Positions 50,384-62,620 of a stretch of DNA of 64,000 bases are shown here, piece by piece; positions within the stretch are counted from its first letter, which is position 1, and every line of letters starts with the position of its first letter. Under the pieces are notes generated by a model that ran no database searches, was not told where the DNA came from, and worked only from the letters and a program-made list of their open reading frames with translations. This DNA is from Camelus dromedarius (taxonomy: Eukaryota), in the NCBI RefSeq assembly GCF_036321535.1, contig NC_087436.1, positions 37,574,001 through 37,638,000 of the forward strand, read 5' to 3'. The translations under genes were made by a program, and so were the position numbers.

Positions 50384-52174
50384 GACATTATCTCTGAAAT
50401 GGTTTCTATTGCTAAAAATTTGGTGCAGATCAGAATATACTCACTTGAAGCAAGTCCCACAAAACAAACAACACATCCTTAATCTCCCATTTTCATGATT
50501 ATCAACAAAATAATCAACATTCATAAATAATAGCATACATAAAATATTTATCTCCCATAATAAAATCACTTTCTCTACAGGCTTTCCATTGAGTTTTAAA
50601 TGTTGAACAGTATTTAAATTCTACAATATTTATTTAAAGCTTATTATTCACCAAGACAAGGAGGCAAATCTTGTAATGGAGGTGAATTGGAAGTGCTTTC
50701 AAATGCAATCTCTTGTTTAATCTTTATGTTCTTCCCTTTGAAGATAGGAAGTATTATTTTTACTTCATAGATGAGTATGTTTGGGCTCAAAGAGTTTAAA
50801 TAATTTGCCAAAAGTCACAAAGCTTGTTGTGTATAAGAGTATAAGAGTTGTTGAGTATAAGAAAGATTGGGATTTACATCTTTTGAGTCTTAATCCAATC
50901 ATCTTTCTAATATACATGTTAAGAAAGGTGAATTTATAATTTGGGGACCTCATTGAAGTTCTTCAATAGAAGTCCACAGTGCGAGAATAATTCCTCAGAT
51001 AGAGCTGGATAAAAGACCCAGAGTAAGCACTTGCTTGTCTTGCTGCAGAATGAAGGACCATTCTACAGACAACAAGACCCTCTCTACAGGGTAAGAACTG
51101 ACCATTGCTCATATTTCAGTAAGCCTCTAATACACATGCGTCACAAGTGATACTGCAATATGTATAATTCTAGGATGACCAAGTTGACAGCACTTAAGTG
51201 TTGGAAAGGCTCTTAGACATTATAATTCCAATCACTTCAAATCTGAGAGATGGTGATAAACAATTTACCCAAGGACAGGCAGTTTAGTGACAGCCCTGGG
51301 GACGGAATCGTGGCCTCTTGAGTCCTAATTCAGGAACTTTTCCAATTTCAGTACCCAAACGTTAGTTTTTCATATGGTAATAGTGCAGGTGCCCTGAAGT
51401 GATTGAGCAATAGAGAATCTGTGGTGGCAAAGAATTTTACTTTATTGCTATAAAACGAAAAGGCTTCTCAGAAGGAAATAGATGATAAAAGTCCCCTGAT
51501 TTGGCACCTTTCTCAGAAATATGAAATGGAAAAAAAAAAAAAGCTCTTCTTTTAGTCTTCTTTTAGGTATTTCTTCCTTTTGGTTTAGCCAAACAATGTG
51601 TAGCCAAAAATCTCTTTCTTATTCTCAATTTCCCGCAAGCCATTACTGTAAACGAGAGTGATGTGTAATTTTCCTCTCTTCCAATTTCTTCCACAACTGC
51701 AATCAAAGAGCCTTAAGTACCAATTTAGATACAGGAATCTTATTTACTAGAGAAAATAAATGAATGAAAACCTAAAACACATGCTTTTTTTCCCCCCCAA
51801 ATGGCATTATCATAGTTTTAAAAAATCTTGATCATTTGCCTAATTTAGCATAAAAATTATCTGAAATATTTTAATGGAATCTTAGCTGTGTGCTTATCAA
51901 TTTAGGTTTTTTCTTTTTTTATATAATCACCTGATATACTTTATAGTCCCAGTTTCTAGGCTAAGTGAATTCCATTTTCTTTTTTCTTTTTTTCTTTTTT
52001 TTAGCTTTTTGAAGATCAATGACTTTGATAGGAAGCTCTGGGAATAAAACTTCTTGAACATACAAACTGGTTTAAAGAGTGATTTGGGCTAAACTAAAGT
52101 ATTATTAGGAAACCATATTCATGATTTTGTATTAAAATGTTACAGTTCCGTGTACTGGCATAATTAATATCCTT

Positions 52175-53060
52175 CAATTCATTCATTCAATATCTGTGGC
52201 ACATTAAACCTATTACAGACACTGAACCAGGTACTGGAATTTAGCTGTGAGCAAAACAGATGGAAAAATCACAGAAGTTACAGTCTAGTCTTGAAAAATG
52301 ACCTTCAGCAAGTACTCACTCACACACCCAAACAGCGAAGGTACAATTATGATAAATGCTACAAAGGGGAGGTGCATGCAGTTGCAAGAGTGTATGTTAA
52401 AGGAATTTGTACAACATAAATCAGGGAAGATTAACTGAGGGAAAGAACAATCTAAGGAGGAGGAAAAACAGCTTCAAAGATTATAATGGAAAGGGGCATG
52501 GCACTTTCAAGGAACTTACAAAAAGACTGATGGGTGGTAAGAAAAGAGGCTAGAGAGAGGGTAGAGTTCAGTGGTAGAGCTCAAGCTTAGCATGCATGAG
52601 GTCCTGAGTTCAATCCCCAGTACCTCTTCTAAAAATAAAAAAACCTAATTACTTCACCCCTCCCCCCAAAAAAGGCAAAACAAAAAGAAAAGAGGCTGGA
52701 AGTTGCTTCTGGGTCGTTGAGGGTGGGGAGCATTTTTGGTTATTGGGATCTGGTGATGTTAAGCATCTTGCAATATTGGAAGACTTGTCACACGACAAAG
52801 AACCATCACTTCCTATATCCAATAATGACTGATTTGAGGCATGCAGAGCACTTTAGCTGTGATAAGGACTTTGAGCCCTGTAATGTAAAACCATGAAGGT
52901 GTTTATATCGTGGGGGTGGCAAAGTCAAATATGTGTTGTGAAAGGAACACTACGTCTACAATGTGGAGAGCAACTTGAAGGGAGCCAACAGTGGGAGGAG
53001 GCAGACCAGCCAGGATGCCACTCTAGTTGTCCAGGTTGAAAGGCAAAGTATTGTCCGTGG
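52175..53060 (-). mobile_element. L2 3' region hosting a SINE and a MER20-like fragment (~52720-52838)
   Basis: ATTCATTCATTCAA tail; CAGACACTGAACCAGGTACTGG...GAAGTTACAGTCTAG; CATCTTGCAATATTGGAAGACTTGTCACACGACAAAGAA is MER20-like. Confidence 0.7.
52552..52684 (+). mobile_element. Camelid Vic-1-type SINE with perfect 13-bp TSD
   Basis: A-box-like TAGAGTTCAGTGGTAGAGC, B-box GAGTTCAATCCCC, tail AAACCTAATTAC; TSD AAGAAAAGAGGCT at 52539-52551 and 52685-52697. Confidence 0.95.
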
Positions 53061-56000
53061 TTTGCCAGCATTGGAAAAAAACCTATAAAATACTTGAAGT
53101 TATTTCTTACTAGCCAATGTAATACAACATTAAGCATAAAGAAAAGTTTGTTTGGCCCGTTAGCTCCCCAATTCATTCTTGAATTTTGTACAAGTTGCCT
53201 AATTATAGTTTGAGGAGAATCAAACACGGAGGACAATAGCGTCCATGACTCCTGCCCATCATAAGGGTTAGCGATCCTGGTCATCGTCCCTAATGCTGAC
53301 AGTAAATATGTGGCAGTGATCACCATGGAATTTTAGAATTCAAAGAACATTAGAGACAATCTGGTCAGGCCTTGATTCTGCAGAAGAGGGCTAAAACCTG
53401 GAGAAAATCATTAAAATGCTTAAAATTTTACATCTAGTTCATTTAGGAATTGGGATCAGAAAAAAAAAAAGTAAAAAAAAAAAATAAATAAAATAAAACT
53501 TCTGGTTTCTAATCTAGTGCTTTATAAAATATTTCTTTCTTGCTAATAATTGCAAGGATCTCAAAATTAATGGAATATTATTTACATATTGGCAACAAAT
53601 AAACTCATACTTTGGAAGTTACAAAAGGCTGTGAAAAATAGACTTGATGGTTCCTGAAAGTCAATAGAATTACATTTTTAAGAGCATTGTCTTTTGTTTG
53701 TTCATTTTACTTTTTTTTTTTAATTGAATTTTAAAGCCTTCAGGCAGGAGATCATTTCCTTGTTATGCACAGGCCCTACCACCACCTAAAGTCACCAATT
53801 TATCTTAGCTTCCTGACCCCGCAGGCTTTTTCCCGCTTCTGACTGAAACCACAGCTCTTTTTTCCAACCTCCACTTAACCAGCTCAGCATGGATTAACCA
53901 TGGTGTTCATTCTCTCTGTACATAGACTGGCACTCAAGGCACGCTGAATGCTCGCAGCTAAGAACATTCACTTATTTCTGCCTCCAAAAGTCGAGCAGTA
54001 CTTTAACCAAAAGTCAGTCTTTGTGACCAGGCTACATGTGACCTTTTTTTTTTTTTTTTTGCAATTACATAATTTAAATAAAATTTGTATAAGCTTTTGA
54101 TACTTGAGTCCAAAAACAGATGAAAAAATTGTTCTATGCAAGCCAATTTGAGTACCTGGGAAATATCCCACAAAGGTGAGTTACCACATTCAAATTGGAA
54201 GTGGGTGAGGCAAATTTAAAAGACTGGACAAATATAAAGATCTCAAAATATTCTGTTTCCAGATAGCTTTGTAAATGTCTCACAATTCTAATTCCCTTGT
54301 AAAGAAACTAGAACTAAAATTCACGGGAGATCTGTTGTGGGTCACCAAGTCTGTGGGGAATGCCATCAGTAGGTCTCTGCTGCGAAAAAAGGGCATAGCA
54401 ACTGATGAGCACTTGTGTGTTTTCAGTTACAATAAATTAATATGGAATTAATTATTCTTCATGAGTCCCAGTTTTAACTAATTTTGTAATCAACTGACTC
54501 ATTGTAGTTCTCATGTGATCAATAAGAAAGTATTTATGTATTAGACACCAATATATCACTTCTTAAAAAATCAATATAAATACTTTCATATATGTAAGTA
54601 TCAGTGCATAGGTATGTAAATTTTTCAGCATATTGTGACATCTTTATTATTTATCATATATAGATAAAAGGATAATAATTTTCACAATGGGTTAGTACTT
54701 ACCTAGGGCATTTCATTCTACATGTACTGAACCTGGTTAATGTTTGATGTTGAATTTAATAAAGGTGCACTCTGGAATGAAACAGATTTTCTGGGTAAGT
54801 ATTATGTGTTCTGAATTGTATGCCTTAGAGGGCAGAGCATTTTACATAGATAAAAATCACTCATCGGCCTCAGGTTATTTCTCTTTTAAGTAAAGCTCTC
54901 ATACCTTTGATTGCACATTTATTTTGATACATTCCAGTGCTGTAGCATAGACCTGATCAGCATAACAAACTTATACAACAGTAGAAGAATTCTTTGGCAA
55001 TTTCTAATGTGCTGTTTTCAAGATCTGTAAAACTGATTTTTGCATAGTTGACTATGACTTGTGATACTCACACCCTCACCCTTGAACCTGACTTCAGAGA
55101 CCCAAGTGTATTAAAAGATGACAGCACAAATGGCAAAAAGCTCATAAAACTTGGTTTACTTCCAAAAGTCAGTTTATCCTCTAAAGTTGGGTTATTTTGG
55201 AACTGTGGATTGTGTAAACGTCTGCTTAAACAATCAAACAGCTTATGATCTTCACTGATGTACTGAAATCCATCCAAGAATCCAGGACATCCTTTGGTTA
55301 AGTTAAACAGAAAGCAACAGCTGCTTCTTAAGAAGTAAGAAACTCCTTAAAAAGAGGAGGAACTGACGGGAATAGCAAAAGGAGGAAGTTACTCAGTGAT
55401 GGAAACAAAGAAATTTGTTTGCTTTTAGCTGAGAGGATGCTGTCAGCCAGCTAGGTACTCTAACTCCTGTGGGCTTTAATTGTAAATCTTTTGGTTCCCA
55501 GAAATTATATGTGGTTTATACTAGTATTCCTCCAGGAAAACAAAAGTATAAAACAACTTCAAGTAAAATTTTAAGCTCTCTTAAAAGGACTTACATGAAA
55601 GACAAAAATAAAAGGATGTAAATAATCCACTAAAAATGTCTGAGCAACTGCTATTGGTCATTATAAGTCCTATTATCCTCAAACTCTTAATTGTCAATAT
55701 CATTTATTTTTCATTTTAACATCTTTTATTTTATACAGTTAGGTAGCCTTCTTAATTCTGTTAAAATATTTGGTCCTCACTGTGAGATATGCACCATGTG
55801 GGATCCTGGGGATATGAAAATAAGAAGCACCTGGACTTAGGCTGCTAAGGCTTAGCATCCTATTTTTTCAAAAAGATGATGAATTCTTTGAAAGCAAGCA
55901 CCAAATTCTTTACTTGGAATCCTAGAATCAGAGAATTTTAGAGTCACAAGGAATCTTAAAAGTTATCATCAAGACCAACCCCCACACACCACACACTGAG

Positions 56001-56104
56001 CTCTCCTAACATGAGCTGCCCCACTATGAGTCAAAATGGTGAAGGGACCACAATTATTTACCTCCTCCCTCCTGGACGCTAGCACAATGACACTCATTAA
56101 CAAT

Positions 56105-56343
56105 TACAGACTACTAACTACATGCCAGGCACTACTGTATACATTTTACATGTATCAACATATTTCAGCCTCATTACAGCCCTAATGAGGCAGGTACTGT
56201 TACTATCCCCATCTTACAGAAGAGGAAACAGAGGCACAGGAAGGTTATCATCTCCCAGTCGAAGAGTCACGAGAGGAGTCAGGACTGTACTCCGGCAGGC
56301 TTGCTTCCCAGCCTGCTCTTAATCACTGCGCTACTCTGCTTCT
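56105..56343 (-). mobile_element. Near full-length MIR SINE
   Basis: CTACATGCCAGGCACT...ATCCCCATCTTACAGAAGAGGAAACAGAGGCACAG...CTGCTCTTAATCACTGCGCTACTCTGC. Confidence 0.85.
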
Positions 56344-56652
56344 GTACATACGAAGACTTTTGTTTAAAAGTTTCCTTGTTTGTTTGTTTAAAACTTTTGT
56401 TTTAAAAGTTTACGAATGAGAGAAGGAAGCTCTATTTTTTTTCGCCCTATGTCTTTAAACCACTGATATTACTTAGCTTTTCTCTCTCTACCTTATTTAC
56501 CAAACTTTAACCTGATAATTTAGTCCTTTTCCAAAAATTTTTGAAAGAAGGTGCCATAGATTCTGGAAGTAATTTCAGAAGAAGGATCTCAGTATTTAAT
56601 TCATAGTAGCTTTGTTGGCAGAGAGCAGTCACATTATGGTCACACCTCTTAT

Positions 56653-57175
56653 TGTTATGAGTCCAAACTCGTTCTGCTCACCTTACAACAGGCCAATACA
56701 TCGGGAGACAAGGTGTTGGGGCAAGGAATAATGATTTTATTTGCAAAGCTGGCAGATCGTGAAGATGGCAGACTAATGTCCTGGAGAACCATCTTCCCCA
56801 AGTCACAGTTCAGGCTCCTTTTATACTAAAAAGGGAAGAGGGTGTGGTTATGTGTTGCAAACTTCTTGGTGTTGAAACCCTTTGATCTTGCACCTTTCCC
56901 TGCAGGTCAGGTCATGATGTTCCCGGAAACCTCCAACAAGACAAATGTTATTCTATGTTCTGCAACACTTTATATGACTGGAGGAGTGTTGTATCCTTAA
57001 AGGTCAGAGCCTTGAGAATGGGCTGTCCTGTATATTTCAGGCTCTAGGCAGCATTCTTTTACAAAAGGTGCGGAAGCAGCATGACTAAGCACAGGAAACA
57101 GAGCACAGGGTTAGAGCTAAAGGAACAGACCTAATAAGATCTAATATGGACCCAGATTTGTTCTTCTCTATTACA
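56653..57175 (-). mobile_element. Intact ERV1-class solo LTR (523 bp) with 4-bp TSD
   Basis: TGTTA...TTACA ends; TSD TTAT at 56649-56652 and 57176-57179; minus-strand TATAAAA (~56825) upstream of AATAAA (~56740). Confidence 0.88.
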
Positions 57176-58559
57176 TTATAAATGATGATAGTGTACAAAG
57201 TTTCTGTGTCTCATAGGCCACATATGTGAACATATCTGGCAGAAATAATAGCTTTTCAGATGACCCTGCAGGGTGAAGGACAAATGTCCCAGACATGAGA
57301 GAAAGAATAGATTTGTTGACTTCTACCTAAAAGCTAACAGAAATAGGAGTATACCAGGCAGACACCATAAGCAGCAGTTAAAACTTGACTAGTTTATACC
57401 GTAAGTACTTCAGGATGAACTATCTGAGAAACTCACCTTGAATGAGCAAAAGGTTAAGAGGGATCAGGTACCCAATCTTTTCTTTATCTTTCTACTATTT
57501 GATATTCAGAAACAATTTGCTTTAATGAAAGTTCACCATGTTCTATCTCAGACATGATTGCCCCATTCTTGGATCTGTTTCAAATATTTTAAATGTTTAG
57601 CAAGGTAAAAATATTTGAATTACACATTTTATAAGAAACAAACGAACCTCTATCAAACTGCAGTGTGCTGCTTAGAATTGGGAGTTCTGACTACGGAGTC
57701 TCTTGATTTGTTGTAGCAGGTGCCTGGCTCCTGCCTGTTCTCATGTCTCCACACCTGCCAATAAAAATTCAGGAAGTCTATTCCCTCCCTTCCAGGCTGA
57801 TTTTGTGCTTTTGCTCGGTGAAAAATTATAGGAAAGAGAATCTCAGTAGAATTCCTTGTCTTCAGAGAGGCACACAAATGTTTGCTAAGTCTTATGAGAC
57901 TTCTGAAATTGTTCATTTTCTCCACAACTGAAAAAAAAAAAAAAAGTGAGGCACTGATATTGAGAAAGGCCCTGTATCCCTAGGGTTGGCTTGATTTTAT
58001 TTGCTTCCACGTGAAAGAGAAGCCCTTTAGTTGTTGTCTGTTTCTGATTCTGACTTGTTTCTGTTCCATTAGAAAAAATCCCTATCAGTGAAAATGGATA
58101 AAGTATTGGGAATTATAATTATTCCTGGGATGTCGACTTTTCTGATGACCACTAGTTGACATTTTGTCTTCCTGGATAGAAGAATAGCAAGTTTAAAATT
58201 CCAGCCAATGAAAAGGCTTTTCAGAAAGGAAATACAAGTTTGGTAAACTATACCTTTGAGATAATAACTATCTGATCTCTTTCTAGTGCCTCGGAAATAT
58301 TATCTGTGAATTTTAAACTATAAAATTTTAAGTCTGGACATTTCCCTCTCCACATGCTGTTTTGGGGGTTATTTGCCACCAGAGTTCAAATAATACAGCA
58401 TCATGACCTAAGAAATTTATTTTATGAGGTTTTGTCTATAATGTAAACATTTCATATATTACTTTTTAAATATTCTAGTACTAAAATTAGATCTCACCTT
58501 ATTCCAGACTTGAAATTTCATCTGTAAAGTGTTTAGTTATAAAACAACAATAAAAAAAT

Positions 58560-58710
58560 CATAGACTAGGAGTCTAGTGGCTTGATATCTAATGCTAGAT
58601 CAGCCATTAATTAGCCAAACCACTTGCCCTCTTTGGGCTTCTGTTTCCTCTCTTGTAAAATGATGGTGTCATAATTCTCAGAATATTATCCAAAGTTTCA
58701 ATTTCTGTGA
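58560..58710 (+). mobile_element. MIR fragment
   Basis: TAGACTAGGAGTC...CACTTGCCCTCTTTGGGCTTCTGTTTCCTCTCTTGTAAAATG. Confidence 0.75.
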
Positions 58711-60724
58711 TTTTTCTGATATTCCAAGACCCCGTGTGTCATCTCAGTTCCACGGGGAAACTAGCATTTTTTAAAAAACTATTTTAGGAATAATGAAACC
58801 ATTAAAGACATGTTTTAAACCTTCCTGTAGTTTTATTTTATTAATTAAAATTTAAAAACCTCATCTTCCAGGAATTACAGTGTGGGAACTTATTGCAAGC
58901 CACTCTTTGTCAGGTAGCACCTCACTTGCGTGCCTTTCAATGCGTTTGCAGAACTGTATAATATTTCCAGAGTGTCACATGAAGAAATCGGGCAATCCTG
59001 TGATTTTGTATAGTTAAAAGTTAACTGTACTAGTTGGTGGTCTAATTCCTACCGCAGTCTTGAAAGGCATTTGCTTTCATCTAGTAACTGGCTACCATGG
59101 TGGCAATGAATGACTTTTAAACAGCTGTCACAAACTGAAAACAAAACAAAATTAAAAAGCCACCCTCCCACACTGTACAGACAGCTTGCCAATAGTTGAA
59201 ACAAATCCTTCTTGGAGCATTTTAACAAACAGACTTTTTTGGGGTTGTTGTTACAATTAAATAGAAACTCATAAAACACAGACAAGCTGAGTTCATGTTT
59301 CCCACAGACCTGAACTGCCTGACTTTTCTAATGGGATCACAGCAATTAGTGGTTTACAGATGCATTTAAAATGTGTTAAGTGCCTGCAGAAATTGGCTTT
59401 TAAAACATACACAAGTCTTCAAATGCTTCAATCTGAAGAATCTACTATAATCCCCAGGAGGGACTGTGATGTCTGTGTAATGTTTAGCCACAGTTTGGTG
59501 CTTACATTGCAATTAATATTAATAGAAAAAGAGTGGGAAATGGAAAAAAAAATCTGTGTCTTACACACATTTTAAAAAATTTCCTCCTTCTCTTTTAATG
59601 ATCACATTACCAGTTCCCTTGTTATCCTGAAAATCAGAAACAATCACTAAATTCTACTGGAGAAAAAAGCTGGAGTGAATGTTGTTCTGAGAAGAAAGCT
59701 CTTGGTGTCGCTGGTCGTTAGGCACTCCTGGGAAACTCGTTTCTGGACTGTGGCTAATTAAACCACAAACATGTCAGTCTGACAACATGGAAGTTTACGA
59801 CTTGTGCGTTGGAATGTCCAGCTTTCTTTACTTGCTCCTGGACAATTTCTCCCTGTCATGAGACTCTTCTTGAACTGAGAGGCTGGGTCCTTATGTTTAC
59901 ACCCAGTATTTTACATCTGATTAAAACTAAGCAGAAGGCAAGTTCACAGTCTGTCTTCTTATACCTGGCAGTGTTGAAAACAAAACATGAGAGAGAAACA
60001 TGGCTTTGAGGAAAAATGCATTTAACAAGTGGTTTCTCCTCCAGTGACTGACATAGTTATCTTCACTTGACATACAGCCAAACCTCATGTCCTTTATATT
60101 TTTTTTCTTTTAGATTCCGTGTGGACGACTTTCAAATAAAAACGAGAAACATGAAGAGAAACTGGTAATGTTCACCAATCAGGTAGAAGATTCCGAAAGG
60201 TAATGATGACATTTCATTTAGAGGATGTATGACTCTAATATTAATATTCGAGTTAGAGCACTTCTTTCAGACAAAAGTGATGAGTCTATTCAAGGGAGAT
60301 GAGAACCTATCTGGATACAACCATAAAAATAAGGAAAAAATGGTGGATAACAGTGTGAACTATTTGAACACATTTTCTTTTGTTGCTATTCAAAGGGCAA
60401 GGATCGTGGTAGGTTATGGTAGTTATTTGATTTTTTTTAAATATTTGATATATTTCCCTTGACAAGTTTGGATCTTAAGGTAATTTCTCTTGAATAGCAC
60501 ACATTTTCTCTTAGGAAACAACTCTATTTCATTAGTAAAGAGTAGTTTTATCTTCTCTCCTGAGTTATTAAATCCTTAGCTCAGGTACAGGGTAAGAAAT
60601 TTGCTAAATCTTTTACCAAAAAAAAATCCCTTCTTCAGTCATTTTCTACATTCTATCAACCTCCTTTTATGGCTTTTCTCAAGCTTCAGCGTATTCATTG
60701 ACCCCCACCGTTATTTCTCTGACT

Positions 60725-61000
60725 GCTTATTTGGCACCTTTTTTGTGCGAGACATTGTGCCAGCTGCTTGCAGAAGATGAATCAGGTCTGGTCCTTTTCC
60801 TCTAGCTGCTTGCAGTTTAGAAGTGAAAAGCCACACACAGACCTAAGTATAATGTATGTTGAATGTTTTGCTTTATAAAAGGCACAGATAAATTGCTCTG
60901 AGAAATCAGAGGACAGTGAGATTCTTACCTGTGAGAATAAAGAGATGCATGAAGAAAATTTGTTTGACCTAATTCTGGCAAAAAGAAAATACGGGGGAAG
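60725..61000 (-). mobile_element. Decayed L2 3' fragment
   Basis: TTATTTGGCACC...TGTGCGAGACATTGTGC...AGATGAATCAG...GGTCCTTTTCCTCTAGCTGCTTGCAGTTTAG. Confidence 0.5.
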
Positions 61001-62039
61001 ATGGAAAAAGAGAAAGAAGCTGAAGTCAGAATGTGTACGAAAATGTTGTGTAGGTAAGCTGAGGACTTGTGTTGGGACCAATGAGCAGTTCCGTTTGGTT
61101 TCTGCATCTGACGTGTAATATAAAACATTCTGAGTGAGAGACTAGATAGCAGAGAACTTATTCTATAAGCCAATGTTTCTCTGTCCATAAAGACAAAACT
61201 TTCAAGTGAAAGATCATTTAAACAAATAATAACCCTCAGTTTCTTAAGTCGGTGTTGTTCAAACTAGGGTTCCCATAACCCATGGATGTGGAGACATACT
61301 CTCAGGGTTCTTGGTCTGTGAAAAACTTTCCATTATAAGAGGCCTGTATGTCCTTCTTCTGTGAGAATCACAACTCTGTACAAGGAGAGCCATTAAGAAT
61401 TCTGAACAAGGGATTGATGATAGGCTAATCTGACAACAGGGTTTGAAATGGGGAAGGGGGAAGACTAGAAGCTTGAATAAATATAGAAATGCTGATTTCT
61501 CCCATTCCTCTCAGTTACATCCAGCATTTACAACAAGTGTTAAAAAGGCTAAAAGCCTTTAATCATATAAATTTAGCATTTTATTGTGCACTACTCTTTA
61601 TTATTCTATAACTGTGCTGTATGTATAAGTCTCATTTCCTTGATAAGATTTTATCTACCTCAAGGGAAAGAACCTGGCATACAACAGTATAACCCACTTT
61701 GACAGTAGTTCTACAATAGCACTGATCAATTTCATATAAATTGTTATAAAATGTGTACGTGAAATATAAATTCACATCACAGGAGTAGGTTGAGGATTAA
61801 CTGATTATATTGACAATCTCTAAGATATTATAGATATTACAGAAACATTGAAGACAACATATTATGTTGAACAATTTCTAGGAAAGAGGATACCTCATTC
61901 TCCTTTGGTAGCAAAGGTCCGTATTTGGGATATTTTATCAGTTTGCGGAAAAAAAGAATGAAAGAGAGGAAAGGAAAGAGAGGAAGTGAAGAAAGAAGGA
62001 AGGAAGGAAGAAATGCAGGCAGACAAACCTATTATTTCT

Positions 62040-62620
62040 GTGTTTTGGAGATACGTATATCCTAACTTTTCCTTCAGTTAACCGTGATGCGAAGAAGCAG
62101 CAATTACCCTCCCTGCCTCCACCATGTGCGCGCGCAACCCCCCGCCCCCATTTTCTTCCATATGGAGACTTACAAGGACTCTGTAAGCTCCCAAGTCCCA
62201 TTCTATTGCCTCCCTTCCTCAGAAGTGTATATTAATGTTTAGAGTCTCTCCATTTACCCATGATGAAAATGACTCGGAATTTAGTAGTTAATGTACTTTT
62301 TTTTCCTACAGTAGTAAAACGTGTGTGTTTCTGAGAGAATGAGAGAGGTAGGTCCTTTGGCAGCGATTTAAAATGCTCGGAGATGGTTTTCATGTTAGCC
62401 TTTATGGTGAACATGACCTGGGGTCCAGAGGAAGGATGAGTGGATGAGGCAGATGTCGCGCTCATGCTTTTATCTCGGGGGAGATGAGAGAAAGAAGAAA
62501 GGGAGGCAAGAGGCGTCAATCAGGGCAGGAATGGAGGAGTGAGGCTACTCGTCTTTCCGTCTCTCTCTCCTGAACCGACTTCTTTCTACTTGAACCACTT
62601 TAGATTCTGCAGGGGTAACA
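62040..62620. promoter_or_regulatory. Candidate weak promoter/enhancer (CpG-retaining patch with GC box)
   Basis: TGCGCGCGCA (62127-62136) next to CCCCGCCCC (62140-62148); many CpGs relative to the flanks. Confidence 0.35.

Noticed and set aside
52552..52625. tRNA gene
   Set aside because: The tRNA-like A/B boxes are the head of a SINE, followed by the SINE tail and flanked by TSDs.
52925..53326. Longest ORF (133 aa, minus strand)
   Set aside because: It partly overlaps decayed L2 sequence, has no recognisable homology and has no convincing flanking splice sites.
54697..54800. Opposing GTAAGT donors (minus at 54702, plus at 54795) as exon ends
   Set aside because: Neither has a convincing polypyrimidine tract or acceptor at a plausible distance.
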